Assembly: GCA_045578045.1 (NCBI GenBank)
Contig: JAZNJM010000041.1
Span: forward strand, 1-58,544
Origin: Eubacteriales bacterium
GTDB taxonomy: Bacteria; Bacillota; Clostridia; Oscillospirales; CAG-382
Reading direction: 5' to 3'
DNA length: 58,544 nt
Shown: piece after piece, positions 1 through 8,471 of the stretch
Layout: each line of letters opens with the position of its first letter
Position numbering within the stretch: position 1 is the first letter of the stretch
Program-made: the position numbers and the translations under genes
Notes under the pieces: generated by a model
Seen by the model: the letters and a program-made list of their open reading frames with translations, nothing else
Databases searched by the model: none
Told to the model about the DNA's origin: nothing

Positions 1-608
1 AGCTCTGTCATTAAATCTTCATCAATATGAAGTCTACCCGCTGTATCAAGGAAAACCATATCAAAGCCATATTTAATTGCATACGCAATAGCTTCCTTTG
101 CGGTTATAACCGGATTTTGCGTCCCACGGTCAAAAACGGGAACTTTTGCTTTTTCGCCCATTATCTGAAGCTGCTTTATTGCAGCAGGACGATATATATC
201 ACACGCAACAAGCAAAGGATTTTTTCCTTTGTTTTTATACATCGAAGCAAGTTTTGCACAATGGGTTGTTTTTCCCGAACCTTGTAATCCACACATAAGA
301 ATTACAGTTGGTGGCTTTGAGCTTATTTCCAGCTTTGAATTTTCGCTTCCCATTAAAGCGATCATTTCTTCATTTACAATTTTTACAATCTGTTGAGCAG
401 GAAGAAGACTTTCAAGAACGTCGGCACCAACGCAACGTTCAGAAACTTTTTTTATAAATTCTTTAACAACTTTGAAATTAACGTCTGCCTCAAGAAGAGC
501 AAGTTTTATTTCACGCATTCCCGCTTTTACATCGCTCTCGGTTAATTTACCTTTGCCTCGGAAAAACTTAAAAGCATTGGAAAGCTTATCTGTCAGACTT
601 TGGAACAT
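1..608 (-). CDS. ffh: Signal recognition particle protein Ffh (5' part; runs off the left edge; not in the ORF track)
   Basis: Reverse complement from ATG at 608 reads MFQSLTDKLSNAFKFFRGKGKLTE...ALLEADVN...GLQGSGKTT...DIYRPAA...DTAGRLHID, the SRP GTPase motifs; lies downstream of ylxM. Confidence 0.96.
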   Translation of the reverse strand, partial: MFQSLTDKLSNAFKFFRGKGKLTESDVKAGMREIKLALLEADVNFKVVKEFIKKVSERCVGADVLESLLPAQQIVKIVNEEMIALMGSENSKLEISSKPPTVILMCGLQGSGKTTHCAKLASMYKNKGKNPLLVACDIYRPAAIKQLQIMGEKAKVPVFDRGTQNPVITAKEAIAYAIKYGFDMVFLDTAGRLHIDEDLMTE

Positions 609-699
609 TCCTTCTACTCCTTTATATATTTGCTATTTATAATCCTTTATATATTCGCCATTATAATCAAGCGTTTTTCATTCATAACACAAAAAAGCA

Positions 700-1065
700 T
701 TATTCATCAGACGACTTGAAACTGAATTTCTCGATAGCTTTTGATGCAATATCAGCAGCTTCCTCAGAAGAGGCGGAATTTTTCAGAGAAGTTACTCTTA
801 TGAGAGCTTTTCTTAATCCATTACACGCAACTGTAAGCTCATAACAGTGTAGCTTCTCTTCAAGCTCAAATAGCTTTTCTTCTCCTCTTTTTAAAACCTC
901 ATAAACCCCCTGACGGGTTATACCGAGATTTTCAGATATTTCTGATAAGGACATATCTTTATTATAATACATATCAAGGGCATCAAACTGCTTCTTTGAT
1001 AGAACGCTCTCATAATAATCAAGAAGCAAACCAATTGTTACAAATCTGTCTTCGGAATTCTTCAT
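700..1065 (-). CDS. ylxM: YlxM/UPF0122 HTH protein associated with SRP
   Basis: LLDYYESVLSKKQ...DMSLSEISENLGITRQGVYE...LEEKL pattern; immediately upstream of ffh. Confidence 0.9.
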   Translation of the reverse strand: MKNSEDRFVTIGLLLDYYESVLSKKQFDALDMYYNKDMSLSEISENLGITRQGVYEVLKRGEEKLFELEEKLHCYELTVACNGLRKALIRVTSLKNSASSEEAADIASKAIEKFSFKSSDE

Positions 1066-1259
1066 AATCTGATCCCTTTACATAGTTATAATTATGTTTA
1101 TTACTATAATCTCTTTGTAATTACAGTTATTGTAAAGCTACATACAATATAGAAAACTGTGTTTTACAGTTATTAAGATGTTTACGGTTGAATTCAACCT
1201 CCCCCAAAAAAGAGCTAACTCTCACAGGGGGGTGTAAACAAAAAAACTTTACAGTCGTG

Positions 1260-1288
1260 ATTATACTAAAATATTTTTCATTTGTCAA
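1260..1288 (-). promoter_or_regulatory. sigmaA promoter for ylxM-ffh
   Basis: Minus strand reads TTGACA-17 nt-TATAAT, a perfect consensus. Confidence 0.8.
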
Positions 1289-1381
1289 GAGATTTTTTGA
1301 TTTTTATTTGTTAATATAGGGTTAAATTTCAAAAAATATGATAATTTGCCACAAAGTGAGAATCTACCATTACCCCACTTA

Positions 1382-1410
1382 TTGACTTTTTCAGTTTAGT
1401 AATATATAAT
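1382..1410 (+). promoter_or_regulatory. sigmaA promoter for the radical SAM gene
   Basis: TTGACT-17 nt-TATAAT, 40 nt before the ATG; AAGGAG RBS follows. Confidence 0.7.
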
Positions 1411-1450
1411 TTATCAAAAATAACGGAATTTCTTCAAGGAGTATCATAAG

Positions 1451-2380
1451 ATGAAATGTTATATTTGTCCCCGAAAATGCGGGGCGGACAGAAGAAAACA
1501 ATATGGATTTTGCGGTTGTAATGATATAATATCCATAAGAAGAGCCGCACCGCATTTTTGGGAAGAGCCTTGTATTTCGGGAACAAACGGTTCTGGAACG
1601 ATTTTTTTTGAAGGTTGTCAGCTTCATTGTGTTTTTTGTCAAAACTATAAAATATCTGAAATCGGGCATATATGCAATAATTCAGAAAATGATTTTTTGT
1701 CATTAAAAAGCAAAATAGATTCCTCTTCAAACGAAAAAGAAATTATAAATCTGTTTATAAAGCTTAAAGACCAAAACGTTCATAACATCAATCTCGTTAC
1801 GCCCGATATGTATATTCCACAGCTTATTCCAATTATCAGAAAAATAAAAAGCGAAGGCTTCGACCTTCCCTTTATTATGAATTGTTCGGGATATGAATCC
1901 ACCGAAATGATAAAATCTCTCAGAGGAATTATTGATATTTATCTACCCGATTTCAAATATATGTCTCCGTTATTATCAAAAAAATATTCATCAGCTCCCG
2001 ATTATTCCGAAATTGCAAAAAAAGCTATAGAAGAAATGGTTTCTCAACAACAAAAATGTATTTTTGATGAAAAAGGGATTCTTCAAAAAGGCGTTATTGT
2101 TAGGCATATGCTTATTCCCTCAAACGTTCACGATTCAAAAAAGATACTAAATTATTTACACCAAACGTATGGTGAAAAGATATATATAAGTATTATGAAT
2201 CAATATACTCCTGTCAAAAATCACAAATTTAAAGAGCTTAACAGAAAAGTTTACGAAAGCGAATACGAAGATTTATTGTGTTTTGCCCGTTCAATCGGAA
2301 TTGAAAAGGCATTTATACAAGAAGGAGAAGCCGCAGATGAAAGTTTCATTCCCGACTTCTCCAAAAATTCAATTATTTAG
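1451..2380 (+). CDS. Radical SAM protein, PflX-like (PFL-activating enzyme family)
   Basis: CxxCPRxCxADR N-terminus, HFWEEPCISG, CQLHCVFC (CxxxCxxC), DIYLPDFKY, VIVRHMLIP. Confidence 0.85.
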   Translation: MKCYICPRKCGADRRKQYGFCGCNDIISIRRAAPHFWEEPCISGTNGSGTIFFEGCQLHCVFCQNYKISEIGHICNNSENDFLSLKSKIDSSSNEKEIINLFIKLKDQNVHNINLVTPDMYIPQLIPIIRKIKSEGFDLPFIMNCSGYESTEMIKSLRGIIDIYLPDFKYMSPLLSKKYSSAPDYSEIAKKAIEEMVSQQQKCIFDEKGILQKGVIVRHMLIPSNVHDSKKILNYLHQTYGEKIYISIMNQYTPVKNHKFKELNRKVYESEYEDLLCFARSIGIEKAFIQEGEAADESFIPDFSKNSII

Positions 2381-2389
2381 TTAGTTTTG

Positions 2390-2469
2390 TTCGTTTAGTT
2401 ATTTATTAAATAATTCATTCGTTCAGTTGATCGTTGAGCAACTTATTCGTTTGGTTGTTTATTAAATAA
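2390..2469. repeat. Two imperfect 24-bp direct repeats between convergent genes
   Basis: ttcgtttagttatttattaaataa (2390-2413) and ttcgtttggttgtttattaaataa (2446-2469), 22/24 identical. Confidence 0.7.
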
Positions 2470-2477
2470 CCATATTA

Positions 2478-3992
2478 TTATTCGCAATAATAGAGAGCTT
2501 TATTTATAGCGTTTACATACGCTTTTATACTTGATTCAAGAATATTTGTTGAAAAGCCTCTTCCGGGATGTTCACCATTTTCATCGCATATTCTGACTCT
2601 AACCTCACCAACAGCGTCTGTTCCACCCGTTACAGCTTTTATTTCATATGAAATAAGATGATATTCTTTTCCAACGATTTTATTAACAGCGTTGAAAACA
2701 GCCTCAATAGGTCCGTTTCCAATAGCAGCATCTTCAAAAACCTTCTCATCCTTTGTTAAAGAAACCATTGCCATTGAACGAATACTGTTGCTGCATTGTA
2801 TCTGATATGATTCAAGCTCATACCCATTAATAACCCTTGAATCAAGAATTGCTTCTTCTACCAAAGCAATAATATCCTTTTCAGAAACGTGTCTCTTTCT
2901 GCAAGAAAGATCCTTGAAAGAAGAAAAAGCGGTTTTAAGAACATCGGGAGTTGTATGTATACCAAGCTCCTCAACCTTATTATTAAAAGCGTGATGTCCC
3001 GAATGTTTTCCTAAAACGATGGAATCCCCTCTCGAACCAACGTCTGAGGGAGAGAAAATTTCATAAGTTCCCCTTGAAGCCATCATACCGTGTTGATGTA
3101 TTCCAGATTCGTGAGCAAAAACGTTGCTTCCCACAATAGGCTTATTCTGAGCAACGTAAACCCCTGTTAAATTTGAAACAAGTTTACTTGCCTTTGTTAA
3201 AAGTTTAGTATTTATACCGTGTTCTACTCCAAATAAATCTTTTCTAACTGAAAGAATCATCGCAAGTTCTTCAAGGGAAGCATTTCCTGCCCTCTCGCCT
3301 ATTCCGTTTATAGTACAATCAACCTGAGTTGCACCACCGCTTATTCCTGCTAAGGTATTTGAAGCAGCTAAACCTAAATCATTATGACAATGAACAGCCA
3401 AAGCGGCTTTTTCCATTCCCGATGTGTTTTCAAAAACATATCGGATTTTTTTCTCGAAATCGAAAGGAGCAGCAAAGCCAACAGTATCTGCAATATTAAC
3501 AGTTTTTGCCCCTGCTTTTATTGCGGCTTCAAAAACCTTTACTAAAAAATCATTATCAGTTCTTGAAGCGTCCTCAGCAGAAAACTGAACATCGGAACAA
3601 TATTTTTTTGCATATGCAACAGATTCTGAAACCATTCTGAGAATTTCATCTCTGCTTTTTTTCAGCTTGTATTTTAAATGTATATCACTCGTTGCAACAA
3701 AAACGTGGATTCTTGGACTTTCAGAGTTTTTAATTGCTTCCCAACAAATATCTATATCACTGAAAGCGGCTCTTGAAAGCCCCGCAACAGAACAGCCTTT
3801 TAAAGCCGAAGCAATTTTTGCCGTTGCAGAAAAATCATTTTTTGAAGAGCAAGGAAATCCAGCCTCAATAACATCAACTCCCATCTCACAAAGGAGATTT
3901 GCAACACGCAATTTATCGGAAATATTGATATTAACCCCAGCCATTTGCTCTCCGTCTCTGAGAGTTGTATCAAAAAATAACACTTTTTTCAT
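2478..3992 (-). CDS. leuA: 2-isopropylmalate synthase (with C-terminal regulatory domain)
   Basis: DTTLRDGEQ, HCHNDLG, GIGERAGNASLEE, AHESGIHQHG, LGKHSG, and GNGPIEA...GGTDAVG regulatory motifs. Confidence 0.88.
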   Translation of the reverse strand: MKKVLFFDTTLRDGEQMAGVNINISDKLRVANLLCEMGVDVIEAGFPCSSKNDFSATAKIASALKGCSVAGLSRAAFSDIDICWEAIKNSESPRIHVFVATSDIHLKYKLKKSRDEILRMVSESVAYAKKYCSDVQFSAEDASRTDNDFLVKVFEAAIKAGAKTVNIADTVGFAAPFDFEKKIRYVFENTSGMEKAALAVHCHNDLGLAASNTLAGISGGATQVDCTINGIGERAGNASLEELAMILSVRKDLFGVEHGINTKLLTKASKLVSNLTGVYVAQNKPIVGSNVFAHESGIHQHGMMASRGTYEIFSPSDVGSRGDSIVLGKHSGHHAFNNKVEELGIHTTPDVLKTAFSSFKDLSCRKRHVSEKDIIALVEEAILDSRVINGYELESYQIQCSNSIRSMAMVSLTKDEKVFEDAAIGNGPIEAVFNAVNKIVGKEYHLISYEIKAVTGGTDAVGEVRVRICDENGEHPGRGFSTNILESSIKAYVNAINKALYYCE

Positions 3993-4008
3993 AATGAGTT
4001 TGTAAAAA

Positions 4009-5226
4009 TTACTTTATGAGTTTAATAAAGTTTTTCTTGCCTCTCTTTAAAACTATTCCTTCAGAAAAATCGCTATCAGAATACGTTTTCTTTATATCAG
4101 TTACTTTTTCACCGTCAACAGTAACACCGCCCTGTTCAACAGCTCTTCTTGCTTCTGATTTCGAAGGAACAAGACCAGCTTTAACGAGCATTGAAAGAAT
4201 ATCTATTTTACCATCGGCAAAATCTGTATCAGAAAGTGTTACAGAAGGCATATCTGCTGAATTTCCAGCACCAAATACTGCCTTTGCGGCATTCTGAGCT
4301 TTTTCAGCCTCTTCATCTCCGTGAACGAGCTTTGTTAACTCATATGCAAGAATTTCTTTGGCTTTATTAAGCTCACTTCCCGTCCAAGAGCTCATTGCTT
4401 CTATTTCTTCCATTGGAAGGAAGGTCAACATACGGATACAATTTAAAACGTCTGCATCATCAACGTTTCTCCAATACTGATAAAAATCGTATGGAGAGGT
4501 TTTGTTAGGATCAAGCCAAACTGCTCCGCTTTGTGTTTTACCCATTTTCTTTCCTTCTGAGTTAAGAAGGAGAGTTATTGTCATAGCGTATGCATCTTTT
4601 CCGAGCTTTCTTCTTATAAGCTCTGTACCGCCAAGCATATTGCTCCATTGATCATCGCCGCCAAACTGCATATTGCATCCATACTTCTGATATAATGCAT
4701 AAAAGTCGTAGCTTTGCATTATCATATAGTTAAATTCAAGGAATGAAAGACCTTTTTCCATTCTTTGCTTATAACATTCGGCGGTTAACATTCTGTTTAC
4801 GCTGAAACAAGCTCCAACGTCTCTGAGAACGTCAATGTAGTTAAGGTCAAGAAGCCAATCTGCATTATTTACCATTATTGCTTTTCCTTCTGAAAAATCA
4901 ATAAAACGGCTCATTTGCTTTTTGAAACATTCACAATTATGGGCTATAGTTTCCTTTGTCATCATTGTACGCATATCGGTTCTCCCAGAGGGATCTCCAA
5001 TCATAGCAGTTCCACCGCCTATAAGAGCAATGGGTTTATTTCCAGCCATTTGAAGTCTTTTCATAAGACAAAGTGCCATAAAATGACCAACGTGAAGACT
5101 ATCAGCCGTTGGATCAAAACCAATATAAAAAACAGCTTTTCCTGAATTTACTAATTCTCTTATTTCTTCTTCATCAGTTACCTGAGCTATAAGCCCTCTT
5201 GCCTTTAACTCTTCATAAACTTTCAT
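4009..5226 (-). CDS. tyrS: Tyrosine--tRNA ligase (start placed at [11 protein letters not shown])
   Basis: [13 protein letters not shown] (HIGH), [14 protein letters not shown]-terminal S4-like domain; GAGG RBS before ATG 5226. Confidence 0.97.
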   Translation of the reverse strand: MKVYEELKARGLIAQVTDEEEIRELVNSGKAVFYIGFDPTADSLHVGHFMALCLMKRLQMAGNKPIALIGGGTAMIGDPSGRTDMRTMMTKETIAHNCECFKKQMSRFIDFSEGKAIMVNNADWLLDLNYIDVLRDVGACFSVNRMLTAECYKQRMEKGLSFLEFNYMIMQSYDFYALYQKYGCNMQFGGDDQWSNMLGGTELIRRKLGKDAYAMTITLLLNSEGKKMGKTQSGAVWLDPNKTSPYDFYQYWRNVDDADVLNCIRMLTFLPMEEIEAMSSWTGSELNKAKEILAYELTKLVHGDEEAEKAQNAAKAVFGAGNSADMPSVTLSDTDFADGKIDILSMLVKAGLVPSKSEARRAVEQGGVTVDGEKVTDIKKTYSDSDFSEGIVLKRGKKNFIKLIK

Positions 5227-5269
5227 AATATTGTTTTGCCTCTCTTTTTTCAAACTTTATATTTACTTT

Positions 5270-5297
5270 AGTATAACATTTTTTTTCAAAAAAGCAA
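5270..5297 (-). promoter_or_regulatory. Putative sigmaA promoter for tyrS-leuA
   Basis: Minus strand TTGCTT-16 nt-TATACT with extended TG. Confidence 0.5.
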
Positions 5298-5340
5298 TAG
5301 GCAAATTTCAAAATATCATCATATGAAAATAATTAGAAAA

Positions 5341-5976
5341 CTAAACGTCTAAAATACATCTTATTGCCTTTAACGAATTTAAGTAGCTATTCGGTCGGTG
5401 ATCATTAACAGACATATATTTTCCGCTGTTTCCAATACGAATAATCTTTCCTAAATGTCTGTATCCCAAAAAACCTGGAGGGATTTTTGTTACAATATCC
5501 CCCGAATTAATTATATTAACGAATTTTTGAAACCGTTCTTCTAAAAACGAATGGTTTTTACTTCCAAAAAAAATTTTAGGGCATCCAAAAGAAAAACCAT
5601 ATAAACAATCTCTTTTTTCAGGATTATTATACCAAACGTATTCATAACACAAGGCGGCGAGAGCCGCACCATGACTGTATCCAACGATTATTGCAGAGTT
5701 AAAATCTGACCTTTCCAAATTAGCTTGAATATAAGGCAAAAGACTTTTCCAAACCTTTAAAAAACCTCGGTGGCATCTCCAAGGTACGTCCATTCCCTGA
5801 TACGCTTTAGAAGGAAAATCAAAGTTGTTTTTCCAATCCTGTTTTCCATTACTCTGTTGAAAAAAAATATACCTTGTTTCATTGATTTTATACGTTGCAT
5901 AACTTCCATCGTTTTCCACGTGAATATACGATGCCCTGAGACATTTTTCAAACATATCACAAAGGTCAAATTTCAT
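5341..5976 (-). CDS. Class 3 lipase family protein
   Basis: HRGF, GYSHGAALA (GxSxG), FGCP, GDIVTKIP and C-terminal DH motifs. Confidence 0.8.
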   Translation of the reverse strand: MKFDLCDMFEKCLRASYIHVENDGSYATYKINETRYIFFQQSNGKQDWKNNFDFPSKAYQGMDVPWRCHRGFLKVWKSLLPYIQANLERSDFNSAIIVGYSHGAALAALCYEYVWYNNPEKRDCLYGFSFGCPKIFFGSKNHSFLEERFQKFVNIINSGDIVTKIPPGFLGYRHLGKIIRIGNSGKYMSVNDHRPNSYLNSLKAIRCILDV

Positions 5977-6316
5977 CGTCTTTAAATCTCCGTCTCAAAG
6001 CTGAATTTTCGTTGGTTTCATATTTTGAGTTTCTTTCCTTGTTTGTATTGAGATATTTCAGCTTTGTGGCAAGTCCGCCTCTTATATGCCTTTCAGATTT
6101 ATTTTTTTGAAGAACCTTTTCTGCTTCTTCGAAAAGAGCGAAATTTATTTTTTTTAAATAAACCGTCAAATCCTTATGTACTGTTGATTTTGATATTCCA
6201 AATCTTTCAGCTGTTTTTCTCACGGTTGAATTGTTTTCAACGATATACAGCCCTATTTCTTCAATTAATTTTTCTCGACCTGTATCATTATAAAAAACGG
6301 ACTCTTTTGATAACAT
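5966..6316 (-). CDS. spoIIID: Stage III sporulation transcription factor SpoIIID
   Basis: TVRKTAERFGISKSTVHKDL...NKSERHIRGGLATKLKY; GGGAG RBS 7 nt upstream. Confidence 0.93.
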   Translation of the reverse strand: MLSKESVFYNDTGREKLIEEIGLYIVENNSTVRKTAERFGISKSTVHKDLTVYLKKINFALFEEAEKVLQKNKSERHIRGGLATKLKYLNTNKERNSKYETNENSALRRRFKDDEI

Positions 6317-6347
6317 ATAATTACTCCCGCATTATTTTATACGGTAA

Positions 6348-6376
6348 ACTATATGAAAAAGAGTCCGTCTTTATTC
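6348..6376 (-). promoter_or_regulatory. sigmaE-like promoter for spoIIID
   Basis: Minus strand gaATA-16 nt-CATATAGT, matching the sigmaE pattern ATA-N16-18-CATAcaNT; spoIIID is sigmaE-controlled in studied spore formers. Confidence 0.65.
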
Positions 6377-6414
6377 ATAGTTATTCTTTTATAGAAGGGT
6401 TATTGAAAATGGGA

Positions 6415-7170
6415 TTATTTTTTTATTGCTCCGTCAAGCTCTTTTTCGGGATCAATCGTAACGCCTCCGACTTTAAGCTCAAAATGAACGTGTGATTCAT
6501 CTCCAACCTCAACCAAAGCGGTTTTTCCAACAGCTCCTATTATTTCTCCTGCTTTGATTTCTTTCCCTACAGATATACTTTCGGGAACGTTTGAATCCAA
6601 ATTCATATAGTATGAAACAAGATCGTAGTCGTGCTCAATGGCAACTGTTTTTCCCATCATCGGATCATCGTAAACAGAAACAACTTTTCCGTCTGCATAT
6701 GCAAGAACTGCACTTCCTTTATCTGCGGCAATATCAATTCCCGAATGAATTCTATAATCATTCAAGGTTTCTGAAAATACCAGAGAATCAACAGAATATT
6801 TTTTAATAATATTTCCGTTTACAGGATAATAATATTTTTTTACCACGGGATCTGCTTCTATTCCCGATTGATTATTATCAACAGGCTTTTCGTCATCAGG
6901 AATACTTATATTGATATCGGGAATATCAATTTGGGGAACGCTTATCTCTGGAGTTTCTATGTCAATTTCACCTATATCATCGTATGAGTAGCTTAAAGAA
7001 AATACCCCAACTGCTGTTGCAACAACTACCATAAGCGCAAGAGACATATAAACGGAAGCTCCGTATTTTTTCATAAATTCTTTTGCTTTGAATTTTGAAA
7101 AATGCTTTTTAAAGTCAAACTTTTTTTGTTCTTCTTTATTTCCTTTTTGATTTTTGTTGTTTTGTTCCAT
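6415..7170 (-). CDS. M23 family peptidase with N-terminal TM helix, SpoIIQ-like
   Basis: Single TM segment, LVFSETLNDYRIHSGIDI (HxxxD) and HVHFE (HxH); upstream of spoIIID as for clostridial spoIIQ. Confidence 0.8.
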   Translation of the reverse strand: MEQNNKNQKGNKEEQKKFDFKKHFSKFKAKEFMKKYGASVYMSLALMVVVATAVGVFSLSYSYDDIGEIDIETPEISVPQIDIPDINISIPDDEKPVDNNQSGIEADPVVKKYYYPVNGNIIKKYSVDSLVFSETLNDYRIHSGIDIAADKGSAVLAYADGKVVSVYDDPMMGKTVAIEHDYDLVSYYMNLDSNVPESISVGKEIKAGEIIGAVGKTALVEVGDESHVHFELKVGGVTIDPEKELDGAIKK

Positions 7171-7196
7171 AATTGCCCTCCAATGTTTGTTGTAGG

Positions 7197-7226
7197 TAGT
7201 TTTACCAAAGAGAGCAACAATTATTC
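7197..7226 (-). promoter_or_regulatory. sigmaF-like promoter for the SpoIIQ-like gene
   Basis: Minus strand GAATA-15 nt-GGTAAAACTA, matching GNATA-N15-GGNrAnAnTw; GGAGG RBS follows. Confidence 0.7.
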
Positions 7227-7252
7227 AAATATTTATAAATTATTTTATTTGG

Positions 7253-7876
7253 TTATTTTGAATATGCGTTTAAAGTGCTAACGGTTTTATCAGATTCTTT
7301 TGAAAGTATAGACTCATATTCTTTTTTTGCTTTTATAACTCTTTTTACATATTCAGCGGTTTCATCATATGGAATTGTATCAAGTTTTTTTCCATCAGAC
7401 GAATATCTGCTGTCTGAAAGCCAGCCGCAAACTCTTGTGTATCCCGCGTTATATGATGCATAAATTGCTTCATCGTTTTCAAGTCTTTCCATTAAGAAAG
7501 AAAGATAATAGGTTCCGTATCTTATATTGGTTTTTGGATCTTTTATCATATCATCACTAACAGTTTCTCCAAGTCTTGTAGAAACCCAAGAAAACGTATC
7601 GGGCATAAGCTGCATAAGACCAACAGCACCAGCCGAAGAAACAGCGTCAGCTTTAAAATCACTTTCAGTTTTTATCACAGCATAAACGAGAGCTTCGGGA
7701 ACGGAAAACTCTTCTGATGCACTTTTTACATCTTCAACATATTCAAGTTGATAATTTTCATTTTTAAATATATTTCTAACAAAATATACAATTTCTTCTC
7801 TGAACAAAAGTATAAAGGTCAAACCAACAACTAACAAAATTAAAAGGACACCAAAAATTTTATTATTCTTTGACAT
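7253..7876 (-). CDS. Lytic transglycosylase (SLT domain) with N-terminal TM helix
   Basis: AVIKTESDF, SSAGAVGLMQLMP, ASYNAG, ETAEYV; common partner of coaE; AGGTG RBS before ATG 7876. Confidence 0.9.
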   Translation of the reverse strand: MSKNNKIFGVLLILLVVGLTFILLFREEIVYFVRNIFKNENYQLEYVEDVKSASEEFSVPEALVYAVIKTESDFKADAVSSAGAVGLMQLMPDTFSWVSTRLGETVSDDMIKDPKTNIRYGTYYLSFLMERLENDEAIYASYNAGYTRVCGWLSDSRYSSDGKKLDTIPYDETAEYVKRVIKAKKEYESILSKESDKTVSTLNAYSK

Positions 7877-8471
7877 ATTTTTCACCTATAAAACTCAAAA
7901 AAATATTAACTTTCTCTTGCAATTCTTCCAAGCTACCATTATTTACGATAATATAATCTGAATTTTTTGAGATAAAATCTTCATTTTTTTGCATAGACAA
8001 TCTTTTATTTATTTCAACGGAGTTTTTTTTATCTCTTTTTTCAATTCGTTTATATAAAAGAGCTTCGTCAGCAACGACACCCAATATAAAATCACATTTT
8101 TTATCAAGTCCGCTTTCAAAAAGAGTTGGTGCATCTAAAAAAACAAATTTTTCTCTTTCGGTTCTATGTTTTTCAACAAGATTCTCAATTTTTTCAAGAA
8201 TATATTTATGAGTTATCTCGTTAAGCATACTCGTTTTCAATGAATCACCAAAAGCGACAGCGGCAAGGTTAGCTCTGTTGAGAGAACCGTCTGAAAGCAA
8301 AATCTCTTTTCCAAAAAATGAAACAAGCTCAGTCAAACAAGGAGAATTTTTTTGAGTTACTTCCCTTGATATTAAATCACAATCGATATAAGCGGGGTAA
8401 TGCTTCTGAATCAGTTTTCCAACAGTACTTTTTCCGCTTCCGCTTTTTCCACAAATTCCTATTATTTTCAT
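7863..8471 (-). CDS. coaE: Dephospho-CoA kinase
   Basis: GICGKSGSGKST, IDCD, LNRANLA, DAPTLFES, IIVNNG. Confidence 0.93.
   Translation of the reverse strand: MKIIGICGKSGSGKSTVGKLIQKHYPAYIDCDLISREVTQKNSPCLTELVSFFGKEILLSDGSLNRANLAAVAFGDSLKTSMLNEITHKYILEKIENLVEKHRTEREKFVFLDAPTLFESGLDKKCDFILGVVADEALLYKRIEKRDKKNSVEINKRLSMQKNEDFISKNSDYIIVNNGSLEELQEKVNIFLSFIGEKYVKE

Noticed and set aside
27-287. 86-aa plus-strand ORF
   Set aside because: Antisense shadow of ffh, which occupies 1-608 on the minus strand
2390-2469. Possible mini-CRISPR (24-bp repeats with a 32-bp spacer)
   Set aside because: Only two imperfect copies, the spacer itself resembles the repeat, and there are no cas genes
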